NCBI RefSeq assembly: GCF_006345805.1
Contig: NC_043006.1
Coordinates: forward strand, 80,600,001 to 80,664,000
Length of the DNA stretch: 64,000 nucleotides
Direction of reading: 5' to 3'
From: Octopus sinensis
Lineage: Eukaryota
This document shows positions 63,720-64,000 of this stretch, in pieces. The notes under the pieces are model-generated. The model saw only the letters and a program-made list of their open reading frames with translations. It was not told the DNA's origin and ran no database searches. A program made the position numbers and the translations under genes. The first letter of the stretch is position 1. Every line of letters starts with the position of its first letter.

Positions 63720-64000
63720 TCGCTCACACACATATATGTGAGTGTGTGTGCTGCTTTTTGTATACCATGCTTAAAGCAAATATGGTGTTGCAAGCCTAGA
63801 AACTACGACATTCATCCCGAGAAAGTGCACCAGTAACAGATATCTAATAGCAATGGTGGAATTGCCGAATACGCATTTCTACTTTTCTCGAGCCTCATCA
63901 GTAGCAAGCATCCACTAACAAGCACGTTCTAAGACAAATGTAGCCATTACTGATATAGATAATCACTAATTACCAAAGCTCTATAGTCGTATTTAGCCAG

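Overview
AT-rich, microsatellite-dense eukaryotic genomic DNA. The repeat families look like those of a coleoid cephalopod, most likely Octopus (inference from recalled repeat sequences, not a search). I could reconstruct one host gene by hand: an 11-coding-exon GEN1 Holliday-junction resolvase (XPG/FEN1 family) on the + strand, 12160..37736, about 457 aa. All exons have GT-AG boundaries in consistent phase, the acidic catalytic motifs are present, and the Cys/His-rich insertion and chromodomain are recognisable. The protein appears to stop right after the chromodomain, without the long regulatory tail of vertebrate GEN1. The rest is a transposon landscape: a young 5'-truncated CR1/L2-type LINE with an open RT frame, a near-complete mariner with both TIRs, decayed mariner/Tc1/DD37D elements, three Helitron pieces, an R4/Dong-type 3' end inside a (TAA)n tract, Penelope-like fragments, a gag-like ORF1 remnant and many tRNA-derived SINEs. 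The most interesting signals are: inverted SINEs bracketing the frame-symmetric chromodomain exon, candidate alternative GEN1 exons, and several Penelope-type minimal hammerhead motifs sharing a non-canonical CCGANGA core. Most listed ORFs are microsatellite artefacts. TE boundaries are approximate unless termini are quoted.
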